A DNA stretch of 32,000 nt from Chitinophaga jiangningensis. Its GTDB lineage: Bacteria; Bacteroidota; Bacteroidia; Chitinophagales; Chitinophagaceae. Below are positions 23,166 through 32,000 of the stretch, in pieces; the first letter of the stretch is position 1; each line of letters starts with the position of its first letter. The stretch spans positions 633,836 through 665,835 of the forward strand of contig NZ_FRBL01000001.1 of assembly GCF_900142605.1 (NCBI RefSeq). The letters run 5' to 3'. Below the pieces are notes generated by a model. It was not told the DNA's origin, did no database searches, and saw only the letters and a list, made by a program, of their open reading frames with translations. The translations under genes were made by a program, and so were the position numbers.

Positions 23166-23657
23166 TTAGTTCGCCTTTGCTCTGCACTCAGCGATGATTT
23201 CATCCACTTTCGCAGGCGTCAGGTGTTCCCGGTAATGCTTACCCAGCTGCATCATCGGAGCATAACCGCAGGCGCCGAGGCATTCCACCAGTTTCAGTGT
23301 AAACATGCCATCAGGGGTGGTTTCACCAACACCAATACCCAGTTTGGATTTGATGTACTCAATGATGTTATCGGAACCGCTCACCATGCAGGGACCAGTC
23401 TGACAAACTTCAAACAGGTATTTCCCAACAGGCGTCAGGTTAAACATGCTGTAGAACGTTGCTACTTCATATACTTCGATAGGTTTGATCTGCAGCAGCG
23501 AGGCTACATAGTCCATCGTTTCTGCGCTCAACCACCCACCAAATGATTCCTGTGCCAGGTGAAGCACTGGTATCAGCGCACTTTTCTGCTTTCCTTCCGG
23601 ATAGCGTGCGATGATCTCTTTTACTTTATTCAGTTTCTCTTCAGAAAATTGAACCAC
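23166..23657 (-). CDS. nuoE: NADH-quinone oxidoreductase subunit E ([2Fe-2S] N1a)
   Basis: Thioredoxin-like [2Fe-2S] pattern: CQTGPC...CLGACGYAPMM. Confidence 0.94.
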   Translation of the reverse strand: MVQFSEEKLNKVKEIIARYPEGKQKSALIPVLHLAQESFGGWLSAETMDYVASLLQIKPIEVYEVATFYSMFNLTPVGKYLFEVCQTGPCMVSGSDNIIEYIKSKLGIGVGETTPDGMFTLKLVECLGACGYAPMMQLGKHYREHLTPAKVDEIIAECRAKAN

Positions 23658-23705
23658 AGCTATTGATAATTTATAATTGAATAAACTTGTCGTCTTTCTT
23701 TTTTA

Positions 23706-23740
23706 GGGAGATGTAAATGCAGCTGCAGCTAATATCTCCC
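23706..23740 (-). other. Stem-loop in the 132-nt nuoD-nuoE spacer
   Basis: gggagat (23706-23712) pairs with atctccc (23734-23740). The loop contains the self-complementary gcagctgc. Confidence 0.4.
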
Positions 23741-23789
23741 GACATATGAAACAACAAGACTAAAGAACTTTTAAACAGACTTCGTATCA

Positions 23790-25010
23790 CTACGCATCCA
23801 GCTCACCTGCAATCAGGTTGAGGCTACTCATACAAATGATCGCATCTGAGATCATAGCGCCTTGTACCAGTTCGGCATATGCCTGGTAGTAAATGAAGCA
23901 TGGACGGCGGAAGTGCAGGCGGTAAGGGCTGCGGCCACCATCACTGATGAGGTAGAAGCCTAATTCACCGTTGGCACCTTCTACAGAGCTGTATACTTCT
24001 CCAGGTACAATATCGGTTTCACCCATCACAATTTTAAAGTGATAGATGAGCGCTTCCATTTTCGTATATACGTCCTGTTTAGGAGGCAGGTAAAACTCAG
24101 GTACTTTTGCATGGTATACATCATCCGGCAGGTCTTTCAGTTTTTCCACTGCCTGGCGGATAATGCTGATACTCTCCCACATTTCGGCGTTACGGACGAG
24201 GTAGCGGTCGTAACAGTCTCCGGTGGTACCTACCGGCACGGTGAAGTCGAAATCCTGATAAGAGCAGTACGGTGTAGCCACGCGTACATCGTAATCCACA
24301 CCTGCCGCGCGTAAGTTAGGACCGGTAAAGCCGTAGCTCATGGCGCGTTTAGCGTCGATTCCACCTACCCCTTGCGTACGTTCGATGAAGATACGGTTGC
24401 GGGTGAGGAGGGTTTCGAATTCTTTCAGTGCTTTTGGATATTCTTCCAGGAAGCGGTGAATTTTCTCCCATGCCACAGGGGTAAAGTTTCTTTCGAAACC
24501 ACCTACACGGCCGATATTGGTAGTGAGTCGGGAGCCACAGATCTCTTCATAAATTTCATAGATCAACTCGCGGTAGGTCATCAGGTATACGAACCCGGTG
24601 AGTGCACCTGTATCCACGCCCATTACCGCATTACAGATCAGGTGATCGGCGATGCGGGCCAGTTCCATGATAATTACGCGGAGGTAATCAACACGTTTAG
24701 GGACTTCGATACCAAGGAGTTTTTCTACGGTCAGATGCCAGCCCATGTTATTAATGGGGGAAGAGCAGTAGTTGAGGCGATCTGTGAGTGGAGTGATCTG
24801 GTAGTAAGGGCGGCGTTCAGCGATTTTTTCGAAAGCGCGGTGGATATAACCCACTGTAGATTCGGCGCTAACGATACGTTCACCGTCGATTTCCAGAATA
24901 TTTTGGAACACACCGTGTGTAGCCGGGTGGGTAGGACCCAGGTTCAGTGTGGTAGTTGTTTTTTCTATGGAGCCTTGCGGCAGGTTTACGTGTTGTTTCT
25001 GGTCTAGCAT
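23790..25010 (-). CDS. nuoD: NADH-quinone oxidoreductase subunit D
   Basis: 406 aa. [12 protein letters not shown]...[10 protein letters not shown]...RPCFIYYQ is typical of NuoD / 49-kDa subunits. Confidence 0.96.
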   Translation of the reverse strand: MLDQKQHVNLPQGSIEKTTTTLNLGPTHPATHGVFQNILEIDGERIVSAESTVGYIHRAFEKIAERRPYYQITPLTDRLNYCSSPINNMGWHLTVEKLLGIEVPKRVDYLRVIIMELARIADHLICNAVMGVDTGALTGFVYLMTYRELIYEIYEEICGSRLTTNIGRVGGFERNFTPVAWEKIHRFLEEYPKALKEFETLLTRNRIFIERTQGVGGIDAKRAMSYGFTGPNLRAAGVDYDVRVATPYCSYQDFDFTVPVGTTGDCYDRYLVRNAEMWESISIIRQAVEKLKDLPDDVYHAKVPEFYLPPKQDVYTKMEALIYHFKIVMGETDIVPGEVYSSVEGANGELGFYLISDGGRSPYRLHFRRPCFIYYQAYAELVQGAMISDAIICMSSLNLIAGELDA

Positions 25011-25021
25011 ATCCTTAAGTA

Positions 25022-25537
25022 TTAAATGTTTCCGCCGCGACCAAACATCTCATCGTCTTTGTCGATACGCATGGAGTCTTCGAGCGGGAATTCCTTACGC
25101 ATGGGGAAATAAGTCATTTCGTCCACGTTTAGGATACGTTTCAGATTAGGGTGACCAACGAAGTCGATCCCGAAAAAGTCATATGTTTCGCGCTCCATCC
25201 AGTTTGCAGAGAGAAACAGGCTGGTAGCGGTGTATACTTTAGGTGCAGCAACCGGTGCAAAAACTTTCATGCGGATACGTACGTTGTCCACGAAGTTGTG
25301 CAGGTGGTAGATTACGGCCAGTTCTTCATTTTTCCTTTCCGGATAGTGAACGGCAGTGATATCTGTCAAAAACTGAAAACGCAATTCCTCATCATCAAAC
25401 AGGAATTGCATTACTTTCAGATTGGATTCGCGTTGTGCAGTGAAGGTGAGCATGCCATACGGCTCTTCGTAGCCGGTGACCACATCTCCAAACTTCTCCG
25501 TAAGGCGTTGCTGTATGCGTTCGTTTGTTAAAGACAT
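25022..25537 (-). CDS. nuoC: NADH-quinone oxidoreductase subunit C
   Basis: The ORF 25022-25543 start is TTG; the ATG is at 25537. Contains [27 protein letters not shown], the NuoC / 30-kDa signature. Confidence 0.93.
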   Translation of the reverse strand: MSLTNERIQQRLTEKFGDVVTGYEEPYGMLTFTAQRESNLKVMQFLFDDEELRFQFLTDITAVHYPERKNEELAVIYHLHNFVDNVRIRMKVFAPVAAPKVYTATSLFLSANWMERETYDFFGIDFVGHPNLKRILNVDEMTYFPMRKEFPLEDSMRIDKDDEMFGRGGNI

Positions 25538-25578
25538 TAACAAGAATAATTTACGTTAACGATTTACCTGTTCTTCGG

Positions 25579-26142
25579 TTATTTGATACCGTATGATTCC
25601 ATCAGTTCACGGTATTTCTCTGAGTTACGGCGGCGGAGGCCTTCGTTATGCACGAGGTCCTGGATACGCATAAACCCATCGATAATACCTTCTGGTCTTG
25701 GAGGGCATCCTGGCACGTAAACGTCCACCGGGATCACCTGGTCAATACCCTGAAGAACGGAGTAAGTATCGAAAATACCACCACTGGAGGCACAGGCACC
25801 TACTGCCATTACCCAACGGGGTTCAGCCATTTGCAGGTATACCTGGCGTACGATCGGACCCATTTTTTTTGAAATGGTACCCATCACCATCAGCAGGTCG
25901 CACTGGCGTGGTGTAAACGCCATACGTTCAGCACCAAAACGCGCCATGTCGTATGTTGCTGCCATGGTTGCCATGAATTCAATTCCACAGCAGGAAGTGG
26001 CAAAAGGCAGCGGCCAGATGGAATTTTTACGGGCCAGACCTATGACTTTATCAAAAGATGTGGCGTAAAATCCTTCACCGGAATATCCCTCAGGGATTTC
26101 CACCATCTTCACATTAGTATTATATTGAACCGGACGAGGCAT
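25579..26142 (-). CDS. nuoB: NADH-quinone oxidoreductase subunit B (N2 cluster)
   Basis: SCCGIEFMA, GACASSGGIF and VPGCPPRPE cysteine motifs. Confidence 0.96.
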   Translation of the reverse strand: MPRPVQYNTNVKMVEIPEGYSGEGFYATSFDKVIGLARKNSIWPLPFATSCCGIEFMATMAATYDMARFGAERMAFTPRQCDLLMVMGTISKKMGPIVRQVYLQMAEPRWVMAVGACASSGGIFDTYSVLQGIDQVIPVDVYVPGCPPRPEGIIDGFMRIQDLVHNEGLRRRNSEKYRELMESYGIK

Positions 26143-26166
26143 GGTATTAATTTTAATGATTTAAGA

Positions 26167-26559
26167 TTAGTCTTCCCATTTAAGAGCACCCTTCTTCACG
26201 ATATAAATAAATCCGCAGAGGAAAAATCCGACAAACATCAATACGGCAGTAAATCCTTCCCAACCAAGATCTCTGAAATTAACAGCGTAGGGATAAAAAA
26301 AGATTACTTCCACATCAAATAGCACAAAGAGGATGGCTGTAAGAAAGTATTTGATGGCTACCGGCTGGCGGGCATTTCCTTTTTGCTCGATTCCGCTCTC
26401 AAAGTTAATGAGCTTATCCTCCGTTTTACGTTTTGGCCCCAAAAAATGGGTGGCGAGCATGGTTATTCCAACGAAACCTAGAGCAGCAAGTAATTGCAGT
26501 ACAATAGGGAAATAGCTGAAGGGCGTCGTTGCTGACAAAAGTTCAGTTTCTGTATACAT
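26167..26559 (-). CDS. nuoA: NADH-quinone oxidoreductase subunit A
   Basis: ORF 26167-26655 trimmed to the ATG at 26559 (130 aa, normal NuoA size). Contains YFLTAILFVLFDVEVIFFYPYA, the NuoA/ND3 signature. A promoter-like element lies inside the discarded N-terminal extension. Confidence 0.88.
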   Translation of the reverse strand: MYTETELLSATTPFSYFPIVLQLLAALGFVGITMLATHFLGPKRKTEDKLINFESGIEQKGNARQPVAIKYFLTAILFVLFDVEVIFFYPYAVNFRDLGWEGFTAVLMFVGFFLCGFIYIVKKGALKWED

Positions 26560-26591
26560 AAGCTTCCCGATAAAAATATTGACCGAATGCG

Positions 26592-26622
26592 CAAAAATAC
26601 TGTAACTAAACCAAATATCAAA
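26592..26622 (-). promoter_or_regulatory. Candidate Bacteroidota sigma-A promoter of the nuo operon (TTTG-N19-TAnnTTTG)
   Basis: On the minus strand, TTTG sits at 26622-26619, followed by a 19-nt spacer and TATTTTTG at 26599-26592. This is 32 nt upstream of the nuoA ATG. Confidence 0.45.
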
Positions 26623-26666
26623 TGAATAAACTTTTAAAATATTAGATTTTTTCATTAACCAGCAAC

Positions 26667-26699
26667 AAAAAAACCCTCTGAAGTTCAGAGGGTTTTTTG
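26667..26699 (-). terminator. Rho-independent, bidirectional-looking terminator after the TPR gene
   Basis: aaaaaaa-ccctctgaa-g-ttcagaggg-tttttt, with the stem at 26674-26692. Confidence 0.85.
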
Positions 26700-26719
26700 T
26701 TTATAACAAGATAAGTTAA

Positions 26720-28477
26720 TTACTTGTTGCTGGCTGCTGTTTTGGCACCATTACCTGCTGGTTTGGCAGGTTTTTCGCGTGCAGCCATGTTTTCTTTGAT
26801 TTCTTTTACGGTTACGCTGTTAGGATCTACAGACAGGAGTTTATCAGCGAATGTGTTGATATTCTCTTTGTCTTCTTTATTGTAGTAATACAGCAGCATG
26901 TAAGTGTAAGCGTTGATCAGGTTAGTTTTGTATTTGGCCGGATCAGCACCTGCGGTTTCGATGTATTTCTCGAAGTAAGGTTTAGCAACACCGCTCTGAC
27001 CCTGCTGGTCTTTAGCGTAGTTAGCCATACCTCTGTAGTAGTAACCAGCGACATAGTCTGGTTTAGCTTCGATCATTTTACCATACAGCTCATCTGATTT
27101 GTTCAGCAGTGTAGTATCGATTGGTTTTGCAGTAGCACCAGCGTAATAGTACATCTGAGCCGGCAGGTAGAAATCAATTGCCTGCAGGGTTTCTTTGTTA
27201 GCTACGCGCAGATCATTTGCTTTTACGTACCAATCACCTGCTTTATCGTATTTGCGGGCAGATTTGTAAGCTTCAGCAACAGCGTTGTAAGCTTCCACAT
27301 CTTTGGTGGTATCCATAGATGCGAACTTCTCCAGGTAGTTCAGACCTTTATCTGTGTAACCGGCCTGGGTAGCAGAATCCGCATCTTTCAGACGCAGGTA
27401 GATGGTGCTCATCAGTTTATAATCCTGAACAGTCAGTTTGCCCTCACCAGCTTTAGTAGCATAGGCATCCATTACTTTCTTAGCGTTCAGGGAATCACCC
27501 TTCTGCAGGTAAGCATCACCTACGAGGAGGTTCAGTTTATCAGCAGTTTCTTCGTTAGCGGTAGCGAGCGCTGCGTTACCTTTAGTGATCGCTGCGTCGT
27601 AATCTTTTTTGAAGAAGGCCACTGAAGCATCCAGGTACTGCAGTTTGGCTTTATCCGCAGGGTCAGCTACTTCCATATATTTCTGCAGGTAACCGGCAGC
27701 TCTATCCCAATCTAATTGTTTCTTTTTAGGAGTGGTATAGAATAAGAACAACTCATAATATGCTGGTGCATATTTGGGGTCCATATTTGTTGCTTTGGTC
27801 CAATCTGCTACTGCTTCTTCTAAGAGGCGGGCATTGTAATTAACCAGACCTTGTTTCAGTACCGCTTCTGCATTGTTAGGATCCAGCTCCAGCGCTTTTT
27901 CGTATGTGGTAATCGCTTTACCACCATTTTCTCCACCGAGGAAGCGGTAAGCATCACCCAGTTCGATATAGTCGGCAGGGGTTGGATTATATACTTCTTT
28001 TTTCTTGCGGCCTTCATTGTTCAGTAATTTTTCCATTACTGACAGTGCATAGGCGCGGTCACCACCTTTAATTTCGCTGCTGGCATCGGCGATTGCACGA
28101 GCAACGTCACCATCTCTACCCTGGGTAGCAGCGCTTGCAGCTTCAAATTTTTGTTTGGCAGCAGCAGCATCTCCTTTGATCAGGTCAATACGGCCCATAC
28201 CCACCTGCAGTAAAGCAGAGGTAGGAACAGCCTGCAAACCTTTCTGGAAAGTGGCCGCAGCACCAGCCTCATCACCCATGGCCAGTTGTGCTATACCCAT
28301 GTAATAATAGGCTTTGTCTTCTGTTGGCTTCGCACCAATTACTTTTTCAAAATTCTGTTTTGCGGACAGATTTTTGCCGTAGTACAGGTCTTTCAATCCA
28401 TCTTCAACAGATTGAGCCATCACGCTGCTGGATGCAGCGCAAAGCATTGCTACGAGTAAACTTTTCCGTCTGTTCAT
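26720..28477 (-). CDS. Tetratricopeptide (TPR) repeat protein, secreted
   Basis: The ORF start at 28483 is TTG. The ATG at 28477 gives MNRRKSLLVAMLCAASSSVMAQ, a signal peptide. There are many TPR-like A..Y...G.A....GD...A units. Confidence 0.85.
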   Translation of the reverse strand: MNRRKSLLVAMLCAASSSVMAQSVEDGLKDLYYGKNLSAKQNFEKVIGAKPTEDKAYYYMGIAQLAMGDEAGAAATFQKGLQAVPTSALLQVGMGRIDLIKGDAAAAKQKFEAASAATQGRDGDVARAIADASSEIKGGDRAYALSVMEKLLNNEGRKKKEVYNPTPADYIELGDAYRFLGGENGGKAITTYEKALELDPNNAEAVLKQGLVNYNARLLEEAVADWTKATNMDPKYAPAYYELFLFYTTPKKKQLDWDRAAGYLQKYMEVADPADKAKLQYLDASVAFFKKDYDAAITKGNAALATANEETADKLNLLVGDAYLQKGDSLNAKKVMDAYATKAGEGKLTVQDYKLMSTIYLRLKDADSATQAGYTDKGLNYLEKFASMDTTKDVEAYNAVAEAYKSARKYDKAGDWYVKANDLRVANKETLQAIDFYLPAQMYYYAGATAKPIDTTLLNKSDELYGKMIEAKPDYVAGYYYRGMANYAKDQQGQSGVAKPYFEKYIETAGADPAKYKTNLINAYTYMLLYYYNKEDKENINTFADKLLSVDPNSVTVKEIKENMAAREKPAKPAGNGAKTAASNK

Positions 28478-28513
28478 TTGCAATCTGATTTTTTAATTTT
28501 TAGTTGTGTTTTT

Positions 28514-29431
28514 CTACTTCAGGTTGGCCTCTCGAAATACTACATTCAATCTGGCCGGAAATAACCGGAACTGCTTAATCACCAGCTGTCCCTCGTAACT
28601 TCCTAAAAATGTGGCAAACCCCGAACCCAATCCATTGTACGGTTCCTTCAGGCAATAAAAGAATCCACGTTTAAGCGGATAACTGCCTGTTGCTATGTAA
28701 GCCTGGTGAGGCCTCACAAATTCGGAGTAGCCATCTGCACGTAACTTGGCTACGCTTACATCATTGGTAAAGGCCAGAGAAAGGGAATCGTTTGGATCAG
28801 CAATCCAGCTAACACCTATTACTCCCATGGCATCTTTATTTTTTGTCACATAATCCACCACTTCCGGGTTAGTTTTAGCCGCCATGGTGTTGGCCGGTAA
28901 AGCTTTTCCTTTGTTTATGGAGTCTCTGATATAGCGTACGGTGCTTGAGTTGGCATTATCAAACACCAGTTGCCACTTTCTGTCGGTTGCCGAACCATCC
29001 ATTATCGCTCTTACCTGGTCCATTGTGAGGATGGAATCCGGATTACTATGATTCACAATTAATGCCAAAGCATCCCAGGCGAGGAGTAAACTACGAGGTT
29101 TTATGTTAATTTTCTGAAAATAATCTTTCTCTTCCTGATTAAATTCCCTCGTAACAATGATCAGTCTTGCACTATCATTCAGCAAATCTTTAAAACATTC
29201 CGCTTCGGGCTTGTATTCAGCAATCACTTTTGCCTTTGGATACAATGACTCGAAAACCTTTATTTCCGCTTCAATCAGAGGTTGATACGACTCATCCACC
29301 GTAATGTGAATGGTTCCCTCAGTTGGTGTATCCAGTTTCTTTTTGTTTGGATTACTGTTGCAGGCAGAGAATACAAGTGCACCCATTGCCAGGCCCAGGG
29401 CCATGGTCTTAGTAACATTGAAAAATCTCAT
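28514..29431 (-). CDS. PstS-family (PBP-like) substrate-binding lipoprotein
   Basis: ORF 28514-29521 trimmed to the ATG at 29431, giving MRFFNVTKTMALGLAMGALVFSAC-N (lipobox). GTIHITVDESYQPLIEAEIKVFESLYPKAKV is typical of phosphate-binding-protein-like domains. Confidence 0.7.
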   Translation of the reverse strand: MRFFNVTKTMALGLAMGALVFSACNSNPNKKKLDTPTEGTIHITVDESYQPLIEAEIKVFESLYPKAKVIAEYKPEAECFKDLLNDSARLIIVTREFNQEEKDYFQKINIKPRSLLLAWDALALIVNHSNPDSILTMDQVRAIMDGSATDRKWQLVFDNANSSTVRYIRDSINKGKALPANTMAAKTNPEVVDYVTKNKDAMGVIGVSWIADPNDSLSLAFTNDVSVAKLRADGYSEFVRPHQAYIATGSYPLKRGFFYCLKEPYNGLGSGFATFLGSYEGQLVIKQFRLFPARLNVVFREANLK

Positions 29432-29462
29432 AAAACAAACCTCCTTTCGCTTATATTTTGTT

Positions 29463-29687
29463 TTAAAATAATTTTCTTGCGCCATTAATAACTCTAAAGA
29501 GACCGTAAATACAGAGTACAACTCCTAATATAGTCATCCACTGCGGTGATAAACGGAACTCTCCTAAGCCTAACTGTCGCGCGAAAATCGCGAAAAGACC
29601 GAAGAGAATAAAAAATAACCCTCTAACTAATTCGCCTATAGGTCTATACCTGTTATCCGTGCGTTTGTTTTGTTCGTCCTGCATCAT
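29463..29687 (-). CDS. Hypothetical 74-aa membrane protein (two TM helices)
   Basis: ATGATG start at 29687. Hydrophobic segments are GLFFILFGLFAIFA and WMTILGVVLCIYGLF. The stop is 31 nt upstream of the PstS-like gene on the same strand. Confidence 0.5.
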   Translation of the reverse strand: MMQDEQNKRTDNRYRPIGELVRGLFFILFGLFAIFARQLGLGEFRLSPQWMTILGVVLCIYGLFRVINGARKLF

Positions 29688-29911
29688 CTATGGTTGCGAT
29701 TTACAATTATACAAAAAAATATTTTTTAATCCGGCATATGATCTTTTAGAAGTTTGTTAAAAAAACCTGCTAAATAACCGCGCAATTGTACATCCAGCGG
29801 CAATTTGAGTCATTTTTTCAACAATTCGTATTTTTTATTGAGAAATTTCGTCCATTATACCAGATTTCTTTTATATAGATGCAAATCAATGCAGGTTTCC
29901 ATAATATCTTG

Positions 29912-29919
29912 TAGGTTTG
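29912..29919 (+). promoter_or_regulatory. Candidate -7 box (TAnnTTTG) for the phosphatase-hisS unit
   Basis: taggtttg at 29912-29919, 25 nt before the ATG at 29945. Confidence 0.35.
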
Positions 29920-29944
29920 CGGCCAGAATTTCAATTTCTTTAAC

Positions 29945-30385
29945 ATGAAAATTTTAATGGTCTGCCTTGGAAATATTTGTCGCTCCCCCCTTGCGGAGGG
30001 CGTGATGCGCCATTTGGCTGCCAGCAGTAAACATACCCACTGGGAAATCGACTCCGCCGGTACCGGCAACTGGCACATAGGCGACGCGCCGGATAAGCGC
30101 TCTACCCTCATTGCCAAAAGGAATGGTATCGACATTTCCAGCCACAGAGGCCAGCAGTTCTCTACCAGCGACTTTGACCGCTTCGACCGCATCTACGTCA
30201 TGGACCGCAGCAATTATAACAACGTAATAAACAAAGCACGCCATGAAGCCGATCGCCAGAAAGTCCATTTTCTCCTGGAAGACGAACAGGAAGTACCAGA
30301 CCCCTACTTTGACGATAAAATGTTTGCACCAGTATATGAATTGATTTTCAAGGCCTGCGAACGAATCATAAATAAAGAACAATAA
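29945..30385 (+). CDS. Low-molecular-weight protein-tyrosine phosphatase
   Basis: MKILMVCLGNICRSP contains the CX5R(S/T) P-loop, and the C-terminal DPYF provides the general-acid Asp. Confidence 0.9.
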   Translation: MKILMVCLGNICRSPLAEGVMRHLAASSKHTHWEIDSAGTGNWHIGDAPDKRSTLIAKRNGIDISSHRGQQFSTSDFDRFDRIYVMDRSNYNNVINKARHEADRQKVHFLLEDEQEVPDPYFDDKMFAPVYELIFKACERIINKEQ

Positions 30386-30402
30386 CACTCAACTTTCTAT
30401 AA

Positions 30403-31752
30403 ATGAGCAAACCCAGCATTCCCAAAGGTACCCGCGACTTCGGCCCGGTGATCGTAAGAAAGCGAAACTATATTTTCCAGACGATCCGCCAGGTATTTGA
30501 ACTGTACGGATTTCAGCCCCTGGAAACACCTGCCATGGAAAACTTATCCACACTGACAGGTAAATACGGCGATGAAGGTGATCAACTGATGTTTAAAGTA
30601 TTAAACAACGGTAACATCTTCGAAAAAGCCGAAAAAGCCACAAACACAAGGGAACTCGTAGCCGCTGTCAGCGAAAAAGCCCTGCGTTACGACCTTACCA
30701 TCCCGTTTGCCCGGTTCGTAGTGATGAACCAGAATGATATTGCGCTGCCCTTCAAACGCTATCAGATGCAGCCGGTATGGCGCGCCGATAACCCACAGCG
30801 GGGCCGCTACCGCGAGTTTTACCAATGCGATGCGGACGTGGTAGGCAGCAATTCCCTCGTAAACGAAGTAGAACTCCTGCTCATCTACGATGCAGTATTC
30901 ACCAGCCTCGGTCTGGCCGGTGTGGAACTGCGCGTCAATAACCGTAAAATCCTTTCCGGCCTGGCAGAAGTAATCGGGAAACAGGAACTCCTGACAGACA
31001 TTACCATTTCCATCGATAAACTTGATAAAATTGGTGCAGAAGGGGTACGTAAAGAGCTGAGCGACCGCGGATTAAGCGATGCCGATATTAATACAATCGA
31101 AAAGTTCCTTACAATAGGTGGTACCAACGAAGAAAAATTAAATCAACTGGCTGAATTGCTGCAAAGCAGCGCCACTGGCCTTAAAGGAATTGAAGAATTA
31201 AAATTTGTCCTCAACTCCGGCCTCACCACCTTTAATAACGAGCCCATCATTGATGTTACCCTCGCCCGGGGCCTGAACTACTACACGGGTATGATCGTGG
31301 AGGTCAAAGCACCAGCCACCGTAAAAATGGGTAGTATAGGTGGCGGCGGCCGATACGACGACCTCACCGGCCTCTTCGGCCTCAAAGGTATCTCCGGCGT
31401 TGGCATCTCCTTCGGCGTAGACCGTATCTACGACGTGCTGGAAGAACTGAATCTCTTCCCTGAAACTGCCCAGCAATCTACCAAGGTAATTTTCCTCAAT
31501 CTCGGTGAAGCAAATGCGGTAGCCGCCTTTAAACATGTACAGGCGCTGCGCGCCAAAGGCATCGCTGCTGAGATATATCCGGAATCTGCCAAAATGGATA
31601 AACAGATGAAATATGCCAATAAAAGGGGTATTCCTTATGTAGCCATTATCGGCGAATCAGAACTGCTGGAGAATAATGTGAGTGTGAAAAACCTGACCAC
31701 AGGTCAGCAGGAGAAGGTGGCAGGAGCAGATGTAGTAAACTACAATTTCTAA
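30403..31752 (+). CDS. hisS: Histidine--tRNA ligase
   Basis: Class II motifs: GRYREFYQCDADVVG (motif 2) and GGGGRYDDL (motif 3 region), with a C-terminal anticodon-binding domain. Confidence 0.95.
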   Translation: MSKPSIPKGTRDFGPVIVRKRNYIFQTIRQVFELYGFQPLETPAMENLSTLTGKYGDEGDQLMFKVLNNGNIFEKAEKATNTRELVAAVSEKALRYDLTIPFARFVVMNQNDIALPFKRYQMQPVWRADNPQRGRYREFYQCDADVVGSNSLVNEVELLLIYDAVFTSLGLAGVELRVNNRKILSGLAEVIGKQELLTDITISIDKLDKIGAEGVRKELSDRGLSDADINTIEKFLTIGGTNEEKLNQLAELLQSSATGLKGIEELKFVLNSGLTTFNNEPIIDVTLARGLNYYTGMIVEVKAPATVKMGSIGGGGRYDDLTGLFGLKGISGVGISFGVDRIYDVLEELNLFPETAQQSTKVIFLNLGEANAVAAFKHVQALRAKGIAAEIYPESAKMDKQMKYANKRGIPYVAIIGESELLENNVSVKNLTTGQQEKVAGADVVNYNF

Positions 31753-31795
31753 ATTAACTGGCGGTTTCGCCGCAACCGACACCAGCGTGTCGTAT

Positions 31796-31832
31796 AAAAA
31801 TAAAGCCGGCCACGTGGCCGGCTTTATTTTTT
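31796..31832. terminator. Bidirectional rho-independent terminator between hisS and the convergent gene
   Basis: Palindrome aaagccggccac/gtggccggcttt (31802-31825), flanked by an A-run and a T-run. Confidence 0.85.
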
Positions 31833-31833
31833 A

Positions 31834-32000
31834 TTATTTATTTCGATTCGCAAATTCCGCTTTTGCAGCTTCCAGATACTGCACAAATGCATCCACATCT
31901 TCCTTCGGATCATAACCATAACCTTTCATTGCCAACGGCTTACCTGTGAGGTCAACCGGGATATAATAAGGCTGGGAGTTCCTGTTGAATTTAGACGCTT
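31834..32000 (-). CDS. C-terminal end of a thioredoxin-fold / DsbD-like protein (partial; runs off the right edge)
   Basis: The reverse-complement translation reads ...ASKFNRNSQPYYIPVDLTGKPLAMKGYGYDPKEDVDAFVQYLEAAKAEFANRNK*. The stop codon occupies 31834-31836. It resembles the C-termini of Bacteroidota thioredoxin-family proteins, from memory only. Confidence 0.45.
   Translation of the reverse strand, partial: ASKFNRNSQPYYIPVDLTGKPLAMKGYGYDPKEDVDAFVQYLEAAKAEFANRNK

Noticed and set aside
26560-26655. 32-codon N-terminal extension of nuoA (ORF track start at 26655)
   Set aside because: It would make NuoA 162 aa, against the usual ~120-135 aa. The extension is AT-rich and contains the TTTG-N19-TATTTTTG promoter candidate. 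The ATG at 26559 gives a normal NuoA.
29818-30388. 124-aa and 144-aa minus-strand ORFs opposite the phosphatase gene
   Set aside because: The plus-strand product has the exact CX5R LMW-PTP loop, and the antisense products have no recognisable features.

Overview
This is a chromosomal, mostly housekeeping window from a Bacteroidota genome. The assignment rests on TAnnTTTG-type -7 boxes, the absence of Shine-Dalgarno sequences, an rpsF-rpsR-rplI arrangement and typical Bacteroidota protein families. It looks Chitinophagaceae-like, but I cannot verify that without a search.

Layout, left to right:
- The N-terminus of htpG (minus strand).
- A 640-bp repeat-filled intergenic region.
- rpsF-rpsR-rplI.
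- A block of secreted proteins and lipoproteins with a rhomboid protease.
- A GH20 beta-hexosaminidase.
- A DUF2252 protein.
- A GntP permease followed by a D-TA-family PLP enzyme.
- An orphan FtsX-type permease.
- A complete 14-gene NADH:quinone oxidoreductase operon, nuoA to nuoN, on the minus strand (26559 down to 12364).
- A small membrane protein / PstS-like lipoprotein / TPR protein operon.
- A low-molecular-weight phosphotyrosine phosphatase.
- hisS.
- The C-terminal end of a thioredoxin-like gene.

The main anomaly lies inside the nuo operon. The nuoF-nuoG junction is 717 bp instead of tens of bp. It holds an AT-rich 125-aa GxxExxY / PD-(D/E)XK nuclease-fold gene. That gene is bracketed by perfect 20-bp inverted repeats (20912-20931 and 21483-21502), which are part of a ~50-bp repeat unit.

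The same repeat family recurs as a gene-less tandem pair 20 kb away, at 205-311 in the htpG-rpsF spacer. There it is followed directly by an 11-bp tandem array (318-536) and two GC-rich hairpins.

I read this as an uncharacterised mobile, or RNA-processed IVS-like, cassette system riding in the complex I mRNA. All three junctions around the N-module genes (nuoE, nuoF, nuoG) are expanded. The nuoE-nuoF gap also carries a candidate 63-aa membrane micro-ORF.

I saw no rRNA genes, tRNA genes or CRISPR arrays. All calls come from reading the sequence and the ORF track by eye; no database search was run.
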